The translations under genes and the position numbers were made by a program. A DNA stretch of 64,000 bases from Dehalococcoidia bacterium (GTDB taxonomy: Bacteria > Chloroflexota > Dehalococcoidia > Lucifugimonadales > Australimonadaceae): assembly GCA_965243745.1 (NCBI GenBank), contig CBDEVR010000002.1:512083-576082 (forward strand). The letters are read 5' to 3'. Shown in pieces: positions 48,097 through 58,078 of this stretch (position 1 is the first letter of the stretch; every line of letters begins with the position of its first letter). The notes under the pieces were generated by a model. That model saw only the letters and a program-made list of their open reading frames with translations. It did not search any database and was not told where the DNA came from.

Positions 48097-48678
48097 TCAG
48101 CCTTCGGGGGTGGCGGCGACGGGTTCAGGGGCAGACGTGGGCTTGAAGAGCTCGACGAGTTCTATCTCGAAGGTGAGCGCCTCGCCGGCGAGGGGATGGT
48201 TCGCATCGAGGGTGATGGCGGTGTCGGTGATGTTGACGACCCTCGCCTGGATCCCCTCGTTGACGGGGACCATCATGCCTATCTGGAGTTGCTGGACGAC
48301 CACCTCCGGAACGGCGTCGATCGGCACGTCCTGGATGAGTTCGGGGATCGGTTCGCCGTAGGCCTCGGCAGGTTCGATCCGCACGCTGACACTCTCGCCG
48401 ACAGCGAGGCCGCGAATCGCGTTGTCGAAGCCGTCGATCAGCTGGCCGCTGCCGACGACGAAGTCCAGCGGGAAGCCGTCGCGCGAGGAGTCGAACTCGG
48501 TGCCGTCGTCGAGGGTGCCGGTGTAATGCACCATGACGCGGTCGCCCTCCTCCGCGGTGGGGACGGGCGTCGGAGTCGGGGTGGGAGAAGCGCAGGCGAC
48601 GGCCAAGGCCAGCGCGACGATGAGCAGGACGACCCCGGACAGGCCGGGGCAGAGGACGTGGGCGACGCGGGGATTAAT
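48097..48678 (-). CDS. FKBP-type peptidyl-prolyl isomerase (SlyD-like), lipoprotein; start uncertain
   Basis: VHYTGTLDDGTEFDSS, LDANHPLAGEALTF; signal peptide ending AVAC extends upstream of the first standard start codon. Confidence 0.85.
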   Translation of the reverse strand: MNPRVAHVLCPGLSGVVLLIVALALAVACASPTPTPTPVPTAEEGDRVMVHYTGTLDDGTEFDSSRDGFPLDFVVGSGQLIDGFDNAIRGLAVGESVSVRIEPAEAYGEPIPELIQDVPIDAVPEVVVQQLQIGMMVPVNEGIQARVVNITDTAITLDANHPLAGEALTFEIELVELFKPTSAPEPVAATPEG

Positions 48679-49354
48679 CGCGCACGCCCGATCCGGTCAC
48701 GGCGGCGCGCATGGCCGCGACTGCTTCGGCGATGGTCATGCGGTCATTGTACACAGCGGAGCCGGCGACGATGACGTTCGCACCCGCCCCGACGACGCGC
48801 GCGACGTTGTCCGGCTTGATGCCGCCGTCGACCTCCAGCTCGGTGGTGAGGCCGCGTTCGTCTATGGCGGCGCGGAGGCGCTCCACCTTCGGAAGCACGC
48901 TCGGGATGAACGACTGTCCGCCGAAGCCCGGGTTGACCGACATGACGAGCACGAGGTCCAGCTCCGGCAGGACCTCGGTGAGCGTGGCGTCCGGCGTCGA
49001 CGGGTTGAGCGAGACGCCTGCTGTTGCGCCGAGGTCGCGTATCTGGTGGACGGCGCGGTCGAGGTGCGTCACGGCCTCCTGATGCACGGTTATCTTGTCT
49101 GCCCCTGCGGCGACGAAGTCCGGGATGAGGCGCTCCGGCTCCACGATCATCAGGTGCACGTCCAGCGGAAGGCTCGTATGCGGGCGTATCGCCTTGACGA
49201 CGAGCGGGCCGATGGTGAGGTTCGGGACGAAGCGCCCGTCCATCACGTCGACGTGGATGTAGTCGGCGCCCGCTTCCTCGGTTTCGCGCACGATCTCGCC
49301 GATGCGGGCGAAGTCCGCCGAGAGGATGGACGGCGCCAGTTTGACGTCAGCCAC
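48674..49354 (-). CDS. rpe: Ribulose-phosphate 3-epimerase
   Basis: APSILSADF, HVDVMDG, DVHLM, MSVNPGFGGQ, EVDGG. Confidence 0.96.
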   Translation of the reverse strand: MADVKLAPSILSADFARIGEIVRETEEAGADYIHVDVMDGRFVPNLTIGPLVVKAIRPHTSLPLDVHLMIVEPERLIPDFVAAGADKITVHQEAVTHLDRAVHQIRDLGATAGVSLNPSTPDATLTEVLPELDLVLVMSVNPGFGGQSFIPSVLPKVERLRAAIDERGLTTELEVDGGIKPDNVARVVGAGANVIVAGSAVYNDRMTIAEAVAAMRAAVTGSGVRD

Positions 49355-50714
49355 CGGAAGCCTCCAGGCGCGCCTTCGCTGCGGCGAGCGCCTCACGCAC
49401 ACGGGCGGGCGACGCCCCGCCGGGCACGTCGCGTGCCGTCGCGCTGGCCAGCGCGGTCAGTTCGCGCACGCCCTCGTCGAACGCGGCGCAGCGGGCCTGC
49501 ATCTCGCCGAGCGGGAGGGCGGTGACGGCGACACCGCGCTCCGCCGCAAGTTCACAGAGCGCACTCACGGCGGCGTGTGCCTCGCGGAACGGCACGCCCT
49601 TGCCGACGAGGTAGTCGGCCATGTCGGTCGCGAGCAGCGCGCTGTCCTCGGCGGCCTCGCGCATCCGCTCCCTGTTCACGGAGCAGTCGCTCAGCATGCC
49701 GCGCATAGCGTCGAGCGTCGCTTCGAGCGTATCGACCGCGTCGAACAACCCTTCCTTGTCCTCCTGCAGGTCGCGGTTATAGGTGAGCGGCAGGCCCTTG
49801 AGCGTGGTGAGCAGGCCGACGAGGCTGCCGTAGACGCGGCCCGTCTTGCCGCGCGCGATCTCCGCGAAGTCCGGGTTGCGCTTCTGCGGCATGATGGACG
49901 AGCCGGTGACCCACTGCCGCCCGAGCTGGAGGTAGCCGAACTCCTGCGACGTCCAGAGCACGATCTCCTCCGCGAGGCGGGAGCAGTGCATCATGCACGT
50001 CGCGGCTGCGGCGAGGAGCTCGACGGCGTAGTCGCGGTCGGAGACGGCGTCCATCGAGTTGGCGGAGATGCCGTCGAAGCCGAGCTCGCGCGCGACCCAC
50101 TCGCGGTCGAGGGGATACGGTGCGCCGGCGAGCGCGCCGGAGCCGAGCGGGAGGACGTTCACGCGCCTGCGCGCGTCGGCAAGGCGGTCGGCGTCGCGGT
50201 CGAACATCTCGAAGTAGGCGAGCAGGTGATGGGCGAACGGCACGGGCTGCGCGCGCTGCAGGTGCGTGTAGCCGGGGAGCAACGTGTCCTGCTCGCGCTC
50301 GGCGAGCGCCAGCAGCGCGCCCTGCAGGCCGCGAAGCAGCGCCGTGACGCGGTCGATGGCGTCGCGGACGTAGAGGCGCGTGGCCGTCGTGACCTGGTCG
50401 TTACGGGAGCGCGCGGTATGGAGGCGCGCGGCGGGCTCGCCGATGAGCTCGTGGAGGCGCGTCTCTATGTTCATGTGAAGGTCTTCGAGCTCCTCGCGCC
50501 AGTTGAACGCATCGTCCACGATCTCGCGGCGAACGGCTTCCAGCCCCTGCACGATGGCCTTAGCGTCGGCCTCGGAGATGATGCCTTGCCTCCCGAGCAT
50601 GCGGGCGTGAGCGACCGACCCCGCGATGTCGTGCTCGTAGAGGCGGCGGTCATAGCCGACGGAGACGGTATAGCGCGAGGCGGCCTCGAAGTGGTGGGTC
50701 GTGTAGTCGGTCAT
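49347..50714 (-). CDS. argH: Argininosuccinate lyase
   Basis: HTARSRNDQ, GYTHLQRAQP, GSSIMPQKRNPD. Confidence 0.97.
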   Translation of the reverse strand: MTDYTTHHFEAASRYTVSVGYDRRLYEHDIAGSVAHARMLGRQGIISEADAKAIVQGLEAVRREIVDDAFNWREELEDLHMNIETRLHELIGEPAARLHTARSRNDQVTTATRLYVRDAIDRVTALLRGLQGALLALAEREQDTLLPGYTHLQRAQPVPFAHHLLAYFEMFDRDADRLADARRRVNVLPLGSGALAGAPYPLDREWVARELGFDGISANSMDAVSDRDYAVELLAAAATCMMHCSRLAEEIVLWTSQEFGYLQLGRQWVTGSSIMPQKRNPDFAEIARGKTGRVYGSLVGLLTTLKGLPLTYNRDLQEDKEGLFDAVDTLEATLDAMRGMLSDCSVNRERMREAAEDSALLATDMADYLVGKGVPFREAHAAVSALCELAAERGVAVTALPLGEMQARCAAFDEGVRELTALASATARDVPGGASPARVREALAAAKARLEASGG

Positions 50715-50724
50715 GGCGTCGCGT

Positions 50725-51624
50725 CTATTGTACGTCCTGGCCCCTGAGGGTGACGCCGAGGCGCTGTTCGATCGCGGTGAAGCCATGCGAGGGGTCCTCC
50801 TCGCCAAGGCCGTACTCCTCCACGACGGCGTGCCAGAAGCGTCGGCCGGTCTCGAATATCTGCAGGTCCAGCCCGAACTCGACCGCCAGCTCATGCGCGT
50901 GGTCGAGGTCCTTCATCGTGAGCCACGCTGAGCCGTCCTTGCCGAACTCGCGTTTGAGTATGCGCGGAACGTTCCGTTCCCACGCGCGGCTCGCACCCGA
51001 CGCCGTCCGGATGACAGCGAAGAGCCGCTCCAGGTCCAGCCCGGCCTTGTCCGCCAGCAGCAGCGCCTCCATCGCCACGGCGAGGTTCGTCGCCATGAGG
51101 AAGTTGCTCACCACCTTGGTCGCTGCGCCGGAGCCGGACGCGCCCATCAGTTCGACGGTGCGCCCCATCGCCTCCATCGCGGGGCGCGCGGTGGCGAACG
51201 CGTCCTCGTCGCCGCCGCACATGATGGTCAGCTCACCACGCTCGGCAACGGGGCCGGAGCCGGAGACCGGAGCGTCGATGAACGACGCCCCGCGTTCGCG
51301 GGCAGTCGCGGCGAGTGCGCGCGCGGCGTCCGGGTGGATCGTACTGTGATCAACGACGACCAACCCCGGCTTCGAGCGTTCCAGCACGCCGCCTGGGCCG
51401 GTGAGCACCTGCTCCACGACCGCGGTCTGCGGCAGGCAGGTGTGCACCTCGTCCAGTTCGGCGCCCATCGCGGCGAACGACTCACCTGCTGTCGCGCCCA
51501 TCGCCGCGAGTTCGTGCACCTTGCCCTGGCTGCGGTTCTGCACCGTCACGTCGAACCCCTTGCGGATGAGGTTCTCCACCATGGGGCGCCCCATGCGGCC
51601 TATGCCGATCCATCCGATACGCAT
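50725..51624 (-). CDS. NAD(P)-dependent 3-hydroxyacid dehydrogenase (HIBADH family)
   Basis: IGWIGIGRMG, FIDAPVSG, LTIMCGG, catalytic K in ATKVVSN. Confidence 0.9.
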   Translation of the reverse strand: MRIGWIGIGRMGRPMVENLIRKGFDVTVQNRSQGKVHELAAMGATAGESFAAMGAELDEVHTCLPQTAVVEQVLTGPGGVLERSKPGLVVVDHSTIHPDAARALAATARERGASFIDAPVSGSGPVAERGELTIMCGGDEDAFATARPAMEAMGRTVELMGASGSGAATKVVSNFLMATNLAVAMEALLLADKAGLDLERLFAVIRTASGASRAWERNVPRILKREFGKDGSAWLTMKDLDHAHELAVEFGLDLQIFETGRRFWHAVVEEYGLGEEDPSHGFTAIEQRLGVTLRGQDVQ

Positions 51625-51646
51625 CGTGCGTCCTCCGTCGCTTACT

Positions 51647-51788
51647 TGTCATTCCGAGCATTCGCTCATTGTCATTCCGAGCGAAGCCGAGGAATCTCTC
51701 AGGTAGGCGCTCCATCGTGCACCAACGCTCCCCGAGAGATGCTTCGACTGTGCTTCAGGCTGCGCCTTCAGCCCCGCTCAGCATGACA
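51647..51788. repeat. REPIN-like inverted pair of TGTCATT..GAGCG repeats
   Basis: TGTCATTCCGAGC twice (51647, 51670), inverted partner GAGAGAT..CGCTCAGCATGACA (51734-51788); related copy at 60195-60235. Confidence 0.7.
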
Positions 51789-51803
51789 GACGCTGCTCCA
51801 TAG

Positions 51804-52682
51804 TCAGAGTGTAATGGCGATGGCCCCCGCGGCGGCGAGGACGATGCCGAGCAGCACCAGCGGGTTGAACGCCTCGGTGTCGCGGTTGAGCAGGAAGGCG
51901 AAGCCGACGCCGAAGAACGCCATCGTCTCGGTGAGCGGGGCAACCACGGCGGCGTCTGCTGACTCGAGCGCGGCGAACCGGAGCACCTGGGCCAGCGTCA
52001 TGATGGCGGTCACGGCAACGAACAGCTTGAACGCGGTGCTGTCGACCTCGCGCAGGCCCCGGAGCCGTCCCGGCAGGGCGAGCGACGCGATGAGGACGAG
52101 TGCCGCAGCGCCGTGCGCGACGAGCCCACCGAGCATCGTCAGGCCGGAGTCGTCAAGCGCCCAGCGCAGGAGGACGGTCGAGCCGCCGTAGGTCGCCGCC
52201 GCACTGAGGCCGAACACGATGCCTCGCGCTATCTGCAGCGACCCGAGGCGGACAGTCGGGGGCCGTGCGAACGCGACGAGCGGGGCGACGATGAGCAGGG
52301 CGATACCCGTGCCGCGCAGCAGCCCCACCTGTTCGCCGAGCAGCGTTATGCCGAAGACGGCGGCGACGAGCGCGGAGAGGACGCGCACCGGTGCGGTGAG
52401 GTTCGCACCGACGGCCTGTATCGCGAGGAACTGGGAGAAGCGTCCACCGAGGAAGTTCAGGATGCCGCCCACGGCGAGGACGGCGTATTGCATGCCGGTG
52501 AAGCCGCCGAGTTGCATGAGTTGCCCGGAGACGAGCGCGAGCAGCCCGAACAGGGGCACCGAGAGCAGTATGGAGATGACGATGCCGTTGTAAGCGGACG
52601 CCCGCAGCATGCTCCGCCGCACGACGGCCGTGTTGAGGCCGAGCATCGCGGCGGCGGCCAGCGCGAGGAGCGCACCGCTCAC
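51804..52682 (-). CDS. DMT/EamA family transporter
   Basis: About 10 TM segments in two repeats. Confidence 0.85.
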   Translation of the reverse strand: MSGALLALAAAAMLGLNTAVVRRSMLRASAYNGIVISILLSVPLFGLLALVSGQLMQLGGFTGMQYAVLAVGGILNFLGGRFSQFLAIQAVGANLTAPVRVLSALVAAVFGITLLGEQVGLLRGTGIALLIVAPLVAFARPPTVRLGSLQIARGIVFGLSAAATYGGSTVLLRWALDDSGLTMLGGLVAHGAAALVLIASLALPGRLRGLREVDSTAFKLFVAVTAIMTLAQVLRFAALESADAAVVAPLTETMAFFGVGFAFLLNRDTEAFNPLVLLGIVLAAAGAIAITL

Positions 52683-52688
52683 GGGGAC

Positions 52689-53888
52689 CTACTCGGCCTC
52701 TCCCTGCACCCGCGACTGCGTCCGCACCGGCAGTCCGAACACCGAGATGAACCCCACCGACGCCTGGTGATCGAACGAGTCGCCCGCGTCGTAGGTGGCG
52801 AGGTCGTGGCGGTAGAGCGACTCCGCGCTCTCGCGTCCCGCCACCGTCGCACTGCCCTTGTGCAGGCGGACGCGCACTGTGCCGTTCACATGGCGCTGCG
52901 TGCTGAGCACGTAGGCGTCCAGGTCGCGGCGGTGCGCCGTGAACCAGAGGCCGTTGTAGACGAGGTCGGCGTACTCCTGCGCGAGCCGCTCCTTGAAGCG
53001 GGACTGCTCCTTCGTGAGGCACATCTGCTCCAGCGCGCGGTGTGCCTGGTGCAGCACCGTCGCGGCGGGGGCCTCGTAGACCTCGCGCGACTTGATGCCG
53101 ACGAGCCGGTTCTCAACGTGGTCGATGCGCCCCACGCCGTGCGCGCCTGCCGCCTCGTTCAGCATCTCGATGAGCGCGACGCCGCTCAGTTCCTCGCCGT
53201 CGACCGCCACCGGCACGCCTTGCTCGAAGCGTATCTCCACGTAGCGCGGCTCGTCGGGCGCGGCGGCGACGGAGACCGTCCACGCGTACGCCTCCTCCGG
53301 CGGCTCCATCCACGGGTCCTCGAGGTCGCCTGCCTCGATGCTGCGTCCCCACAGGTTCTCGTCTGTCGAGTAGGCGCTGCGCTTGTTCAGGTCCAGCTGG
53401 ATGTCGCGCTCTTTCGCGTAGGCGATCTCGTCGTCGCGGGTCATGCCCCATTCGCGGGCGGGCGCGACGACCTTGAGCGCGGGCGCGAGCGCCGCCGCGC
53501 TCACGTCGAACCGCACCTGGTCGTTCCCCTTGCCCGTGCACCCGTGCGCGATGCCCGACGCCCCTTCTTCCTGCGCGATACGCACGAGGTGCTTGGCGAT
53601 GAGCGGCCTGCCGAGCGCGGTTGCGAGCGGGTAGACGCCCTCATAGATCGCGCCCGCCCGCAGCGCGGGCCAGACGAAGTCGCGCACGAACTCCTCGCGC
53701 GCGTCCATCACGTCGGCCCGTATCGCGCCGATCTCCAGCGCGCGCTGCCGCGCCGCCTCCAGGTCCACCTGCCCGCCCAGATCCATCGTGAGCGTGGCGA
53801 TGTCGACGCCGTACTGCTCCTGCAGCCAGCGGATGGCAACGGAGGTGTCCAGACCCCCGCTGTAAGCGAGAACGATCTTGTCAGCCAT
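52689..53888 (-). CDS. argG: Argininosuccinate synthase
   Basis: LAYSGGLDTS, HGCTGKGNDQVRF, ENRLVGIKSRE. Confidence 0.97.
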   Translation of the reverse strand: MADKIVLAYSGGLDTSVAIRWLQEQYGVDIATLTMDLGGQVDLEAARQRALEIGAIRADVMDAREEFVRDFVWPALRAGAIYEGVYPLATALGRPLIAKHLVRIAQEEGASGIAHGCTGKGNDQVRFDVSAAALAPALKVVAPAREWGMTRDDEIAYAKERDIQLDLNKRSAYSTDENLWGRSIEAGDLEDPWMEPPEEAYAWTVSVAAAPDEPRYVEIRFEQGVPVAVDGEELSGVALIEMLNEAAGAHGVGRIDHVENRLVGIKSREVYEAPAATVLHQAHRALEQMCLTKEQSRFKERLAQEYADLVYNGLWFTAHRRDLDAYVLSTQRHVNGTVRVRLHKGSATVAGRESAESLYRHDLATYDAGDSFDHQASVGFISVFGLPVRTQSRVQGEAE

Positions 53889-53923
53889 GGAGAAGCGGGT
53901 TCCTTTCCGGTGCAGCGTGCCGC

Positions 53924-55144
53924 CTAAGCGGCCAGTGTCTTCGTGAGAGCGGCGTCGAGCTTGGTCAGGCACTCGTCGACGTCCGCCTCGGTGATGATGA
54001 GCGGGGGCATGAAGCGAATGGCGTTGGGGAGCACGGGGTTGAGGAGCACGCCCTCCGCGTTAGCGGCGGTGACGATCGCACGCGCGATGGGCTGATCGAA
54101 CAGCAGCGCCTGCAACAGACCTACGCCCCGCACTCCCGTGGTCGCCGGAGCGTGCGCAGCCGCGAACTCCTCCAGTTTCGTCCGCAGGTATCCGCCGACG
54201 CGCGCCGCGTGGCCGGGAACGTCGTTCTCCAGCATGTAGCCGAGCGTCGCCCGCCCCGCGGCCGTGGCGAGGACGTTGCCGCCGAACGTGCTGCCGTGGT
54301 CGCCGGGCTCCAGCACGTTGCAGCGTTCCTTGCAGAGGAACGCGCCGACGGGCACGCCGTTGCCGAGCGCCTTGGCGATCGTCATCACGTCCGGCTCGAC
54401 CCCGGAGTGCTCGTAGCCCCAGAGGTGGCCGAGGCGGCCCATGCCGGTCTGTATCTCGTCGAATATCAGGAGGAGGTTATTCTCGTCGCACCACTCCCGC
54501 AGGCCCTTCAGATAGCCCTCCGTGGGGACGTTCACGCCGCCTTCGCCCTGCACGACCTCGACCATGATGGCGCAGGTCTCGTCCGTCGTCGCTTCGCGGA
54601 TGGCGTCGAGGTCGTCGTAGGGAACGTTCGTGAAGCCCTCGGCGAGGGGGAGCCAAGCCTGCTGATAGGCGGGCTGTCCGGTGGCGGCGATCATGGCGAG
54701 CGTCCTGCCGTGGAAAGAGTTGAGGACGGTGATGATGCTCTGCGCGCCGTTGCGGTGGAGCCTGCCGTACTTGCGGGCGAGCTTCACCGCGCCCTCGTTC
54801 GCCTCCACGCCGCTGTTGGCGAAGAACACCTTGTCCATGCAGCTGTTCTCCACCAGCATCCGCCCCAGTTCCAGTTGCGGCACGGTGTAGTAGAGGCTGG
54901 ACGTCTGCATGAGCGTGCCCGCCTGCTCCCGTACCGCCTCCGTGACAACGGGGTGCGAGTGCCCCAGGGCCGTAACTGCCAGTCCGGCAACGAAATCCAG
55001 GTACTCGTTGCCCTCAACGTCCCAGACACGCGCGCCTTCTCCGCGTTCGATCACGATGGGCTGCCGGTTGAACGTGTGAACGTAGTACTCGGACTCCTGC
55101 GCCATCCAGTAGGCGGAGTCGTGTGCGGTCGCGTCGGTCGTCAT
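53924..55144 (-). CDS. argD: Acetylornithine aminotransferase
   Basis: NSGVEANE, FHGRT, VQGEGG, FDEIQTG, IAKALG, HGSTFGGN; within arg cluster. Confidence 0.92.
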   Translation of the reverse strand: MTTDATAHDSAYWMAQESEYYVHTFNRQPIVIERGEGARVWDVEGNEYLDFVAGLAVTALGHSHPVVTEAVREQAGTLMQTSSLYYTVPQLELGRMLVENSCMDKVFFANSGVEANEGAVKLARKYGRLHRNGAQSIITVLNSFHGRTLAMIAATGQPAYQQAWLPLAEGFTNVPYDDLDAIREATTDETCAIMVEVVQGEGGVNVPTEGYLKGLREWCDENNLLLIFDEIQTGMGRLGHLWGYEHSGVEPDVMTIAKALGNGVPVGAFLCKERCNVLEPGDHGSTFGGNVLATAAGRATLGYMLENDVPGHAARVGGYLRTKLEEFAAAHAPATTGVRGVGLLQALLFDQPIARAIVTAANAEGVLLNPVLPNAIRFMPPLIITEADVDECLTKLDAALTKTLAA

Positions 55145-58065
55145 GGGTTGCTCTCTCCTATGAGGTCTCGCAGGGCCTGTACGGAGTCGTCCAACTCCTG
55201 TGCGCCGCCCTGCATAGATTCTAACGCCTGTGCGATTTCGTCGAGTATGCGCAGCAATTCGTCGCGTGATAAGCCGATGTCTTCCACCGGCGTCTCGCCG
55301 TCCGGGACGGGGGCGACCGGCGCGTCGCCGAGCAGGGCTGCCACCGCCTGGTCCAGCGTGGGCTCCATCACGACCGTCGTGTTGGTGGCGAGGATGACGC
55401 GCTTCAACTCCGGGAACGCCAGCGATTCCGCCTGCAGGTAGATCGGCTCCGCGTAGAGCAGCGTCTCCCCGATAGGGATGACGAGCAGGTTGCCGCGGTA
55501 CACCTGCGAGCCGGACTGGTTCCAGAGCGTGAACTGCTCCGATATGACCGGGTCGTTGTCGATGCGCGCCTCGATCTGGCTCGGGCCGTTGAAGATGCGC
55601 TCGCGCGGGAACTCGAAGACGATGCTCTCCCCGTAGTTCGGCCCGTCCGAGCGCGCCGCCATCCACGCCACCAGGTTGGGCTTGTCCTTGGGCGTGAACG
55701 GCAGGATGAGGACGAACTCCGTCACGTCCTCGCCCGGTATCTTCATGATGACGTAGTACGGCGTGATGGTGCGGTTGCGCGGGCCGAGGCGGTTCCCGTC
55801 CTCATCGATCACGTCCGTGCCGACCACCTCCTGCGAGAACTCCCATTCGTCCTCCTTCAGGAAGAACTCCTTCACGTCCGTCATGTGGTACTGGAGGAAG
55901 GTGTCGGCCTGGGCGCGCAGCAGCTCCTCCGGGTAGCGGATGTGCCCGCGCAGGCCCGGGGGCATCTTCTCGATGGGGGTGAACAGGTCAGGGAAGATGT
56001 TGCGGTAGGTCTGCAACACCGGGTCGGCCCCGCCCGTCTCGATGGTGTAGAAGTCCATGGAGCCGTCGTAGGCGTCTATCACCACCTTCACGCTGTTGCG
56101 GATGTAGTTGAACGGGCGCTCGAACCCAGCGAAGTCGCCGCCGAAGCCTGTCCGGTCCCTGTCGATGCGGCGGGAGTAGGGGAAGCGATCGGTCGTGGTG
56201 TACGCGTCCTGTATCCAGTAGAGATGCCCGTCGTCGATGACGAGATACGGATCGTCGTCGAGTTCGAGGAACGGCGCGACCTCCCCGACGCGCTCCCTGA
56301 TGTTCCGGCGGTAGAGCACCTTGCTCTCCGGCGTCAGTTGGCGGCTGAGCAGGATGTTGACGTCGAGCAGCTCCCACGCGTAGACGGCGCGCCTGAAGAA
56401 ACTGCTGAGATGCACGCCGCCCTCCCCGTCGTAGCGATCGATGAACTCAGGGCTCCCGGTCTCCTCTCCGGCGGGACGGTCGAACTGCGGCTCGTTCGTG
56501 TTCAGGACGACGGCGTCGTTCGTGATGCTGCCCGGACGGATGGTGGCGGCCGTCACCGGGTCCAGGTTCAGGCGCGCGATGTACTCGTCCTCGTCGATGC
56601 CGTACGCCTCGCCGTAGTAGATGCGCGGCTGCGTGATATCGAATGCGCCGGTGGGAGGGACGTCCCGCACGATGAAGTCGGGTTGGCCGGACTCGCTGAA
56701 GGTAGTCGCGGTGCTCATCACAGCGCCGTAGCCGTGCGTGTAGATGACGGCGCGGTTCACCCAGTTCTGCGCGGCGTCGTCCAGCCCGCTCTGGAAGAGT
56801 TCGCGCGCTCCGAGGAGCACCTGCCGGTACGACCCGTCCACCACGTAGCGGTCCACGTCCACGTCCAGGAACGAGTAGTAGAGACGCAGGTGCTGCAACT
56901 GGTTCAGCACCGCCTCCAGCGGGCGGGGGTCCCACAGGCGTATGTTCCGGATCGTCTCCGGGCTCTGCGCGATGCCCTCCGCCAGCGCCTCCTCTCGTAC
57001 GTCGTAAGGCCGCGTATCGACGCGCCCCAGGTCGAACCCGAGGCGCGTCCACTCGATGTTGCGCTCGATGTACGGGCGCTCCCGCTGCAACTCCGATGGC
57101 GCGACCGCGAGCCGCTGCGTCAGCGCGGGCCAGCCGATCCCCGCGACTATCCCCGCTATGAGCCAGAGCCCGAACGCCGCGAAGATGAGCCGGAGCGACT
57201 GCCGCAGGTTCGCCACGCGTATCGCGTACAGCATGATGCCGGCGGCGAGCAGCGCGATGACGGTGAGCACCAGGAGCGCGGGAAGCCGCGCGTTCACGTC
57301 GGTGTAAGCCGTGCCGGTCACCGCGCCGGCGGGTGAGAAGAGCGTCTCGTAGCGGTCGAGGAAGTGAGCGAACGCGATGGTCGCCATGAGCCACGCGCCG
57401 GTGAGCGCCAGTTGCGTGCGCGCGCCCGTGCCGATGACCGGGTTTATCCCGCGCGCGCTGAAGATGAGCATGTACAGTCCCGCCGTCGTGATGAGCGTGA
57501 CCAGGGCCAGACCCATCAGCCATCCCTGAACGGTGTGCAGCGCGGGCAGGACGAACGTGTAGAAGCCCACGTCGTTGCCGAACTGCGGGTCCTCGATGCC
57601 GAAGTCCGCGGCGTTCATGAACAGCAGGAAGTTGCCGTACTGGTTCGACAGGCTGGACGCGAACGTGAACGCGATGAAGCCGCCCATCGCCACGGAGCCC
57701 ACGATGAGCGACAGCCGTATCCACTGGATCGTCGCCAGCGAGAAGCGGAATACGCTCTCGCCCCACGCGTACCGGAACGCGGCGTAGTAGCTCAGCCAGA
57801 GCGCAACGCCGCTCACCGCCAGGCCGGCGATGAAGAGCCAGATACGCGTGAACAGCACCGTGCTGTAAACACTGCGCAGGCCGAGGTTGGAGAACCAGAG
57901 CCAGTTCGCATACGCCCCGCGCAGCAGGTCGAGCAACAGGTAGAGCGCAAACAGGCTCGCAAGCACGACCCCGGCCTGGAAGAAGAGGCTCTCCCGGGAG
58001 AAGAGCGTCCGCAGCCACTCCGGCAGTTCGCCTTCTTCGAAATCATCCGGGGGGCGCGTGGTCAT
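55141..58065 (-). CDS. UPF0182 family membrane protein
   Basis: LWF, DPQFGNDVGFY, NIRLWD, YTHGYG, PRIYYGE, NYIRNSVKVVIDAYDG. Confidence 0.92.
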   Translation of the reverse strand: MTTRPPDDFEEGELPEWLRTLFSRESLFFQAGVVLASLFALYLLLDLLRGAYANWLWFSNLGLRSVYSTVLFTRIWLFIAGLAVSGVALWLSYYAAFRYAWGESVFRFSLATIQWIRLSLIVGSVAMGGFIAFTFASSLSNQYGNFLLFMNAADFGIEDPQFGNDVGFYTFVLPALHTVQGWLMGLALVTLITTAGLYMLIFSARGINPVIGTGARTQLALTGAWLMATIAFAHFLDRYETLFSPAGAVTGTAYTDVNARLPALLVLTVIALLAAGIMLYAIRVANLRQSLRLIFAAFGLWLIAGIVAGIGWPALTQRLAVAPSELQRERPYIERNIEWTRLGFDLGRVDTRPYDVREEALAEGIAQSPETIRNIRLWDPRPLEAVLNQLQHLRLYYSFLDVDVDRYVVDGSYRQVLLGARELFQSGLDDAAQNWVNRAVIYTHGYGAVMSTATTFSESGQPDFIVRDVPPTGAFDITQPRIYYGEAYGIDEDEYIARLNLDPVTAATIRPGSITNDAVVLNTNEPQFDRPAGEETGSPEFIDRYDGEGGVHLSSFFRRAVYAWELLDVNILLSRQLTPESKVLYRRNIRERVGEVAPFLELDDDPYLVIDDGHLYWIQDAYTTTDRFPYSRRIDRDRTGFGGDFAGFERPFNYIRNSVKVVIDAYDGSMDFYTIETGGADPVLQTYRNIFPDLFTPIEKMPPGLRGHIRYPEELLRAQADTFLQYHMTDVKEFFLKEDEWEFSQEVVGTDVIDEDGNRLGPRNRTITPYYVIMKIPGEDVTEFVLILPFTPKDKPNLVAWMAARSDGPNYGESIVFEFPRERIFNGPSQIEARIDNDPVISEQFTLWNQSGSQVYRGNLLVIPIGETLLYAEPIYLQAESLAFPELKRVILATNTTVVMEPTLDQAVAALLGDAPVAPVPDGETPVEDIGLSRDELLRILDEIAQALESMQGGAQELDDSVQALRDLIGESNP

Positions 58066-58078
58066 GGCCTTCCGCTCC

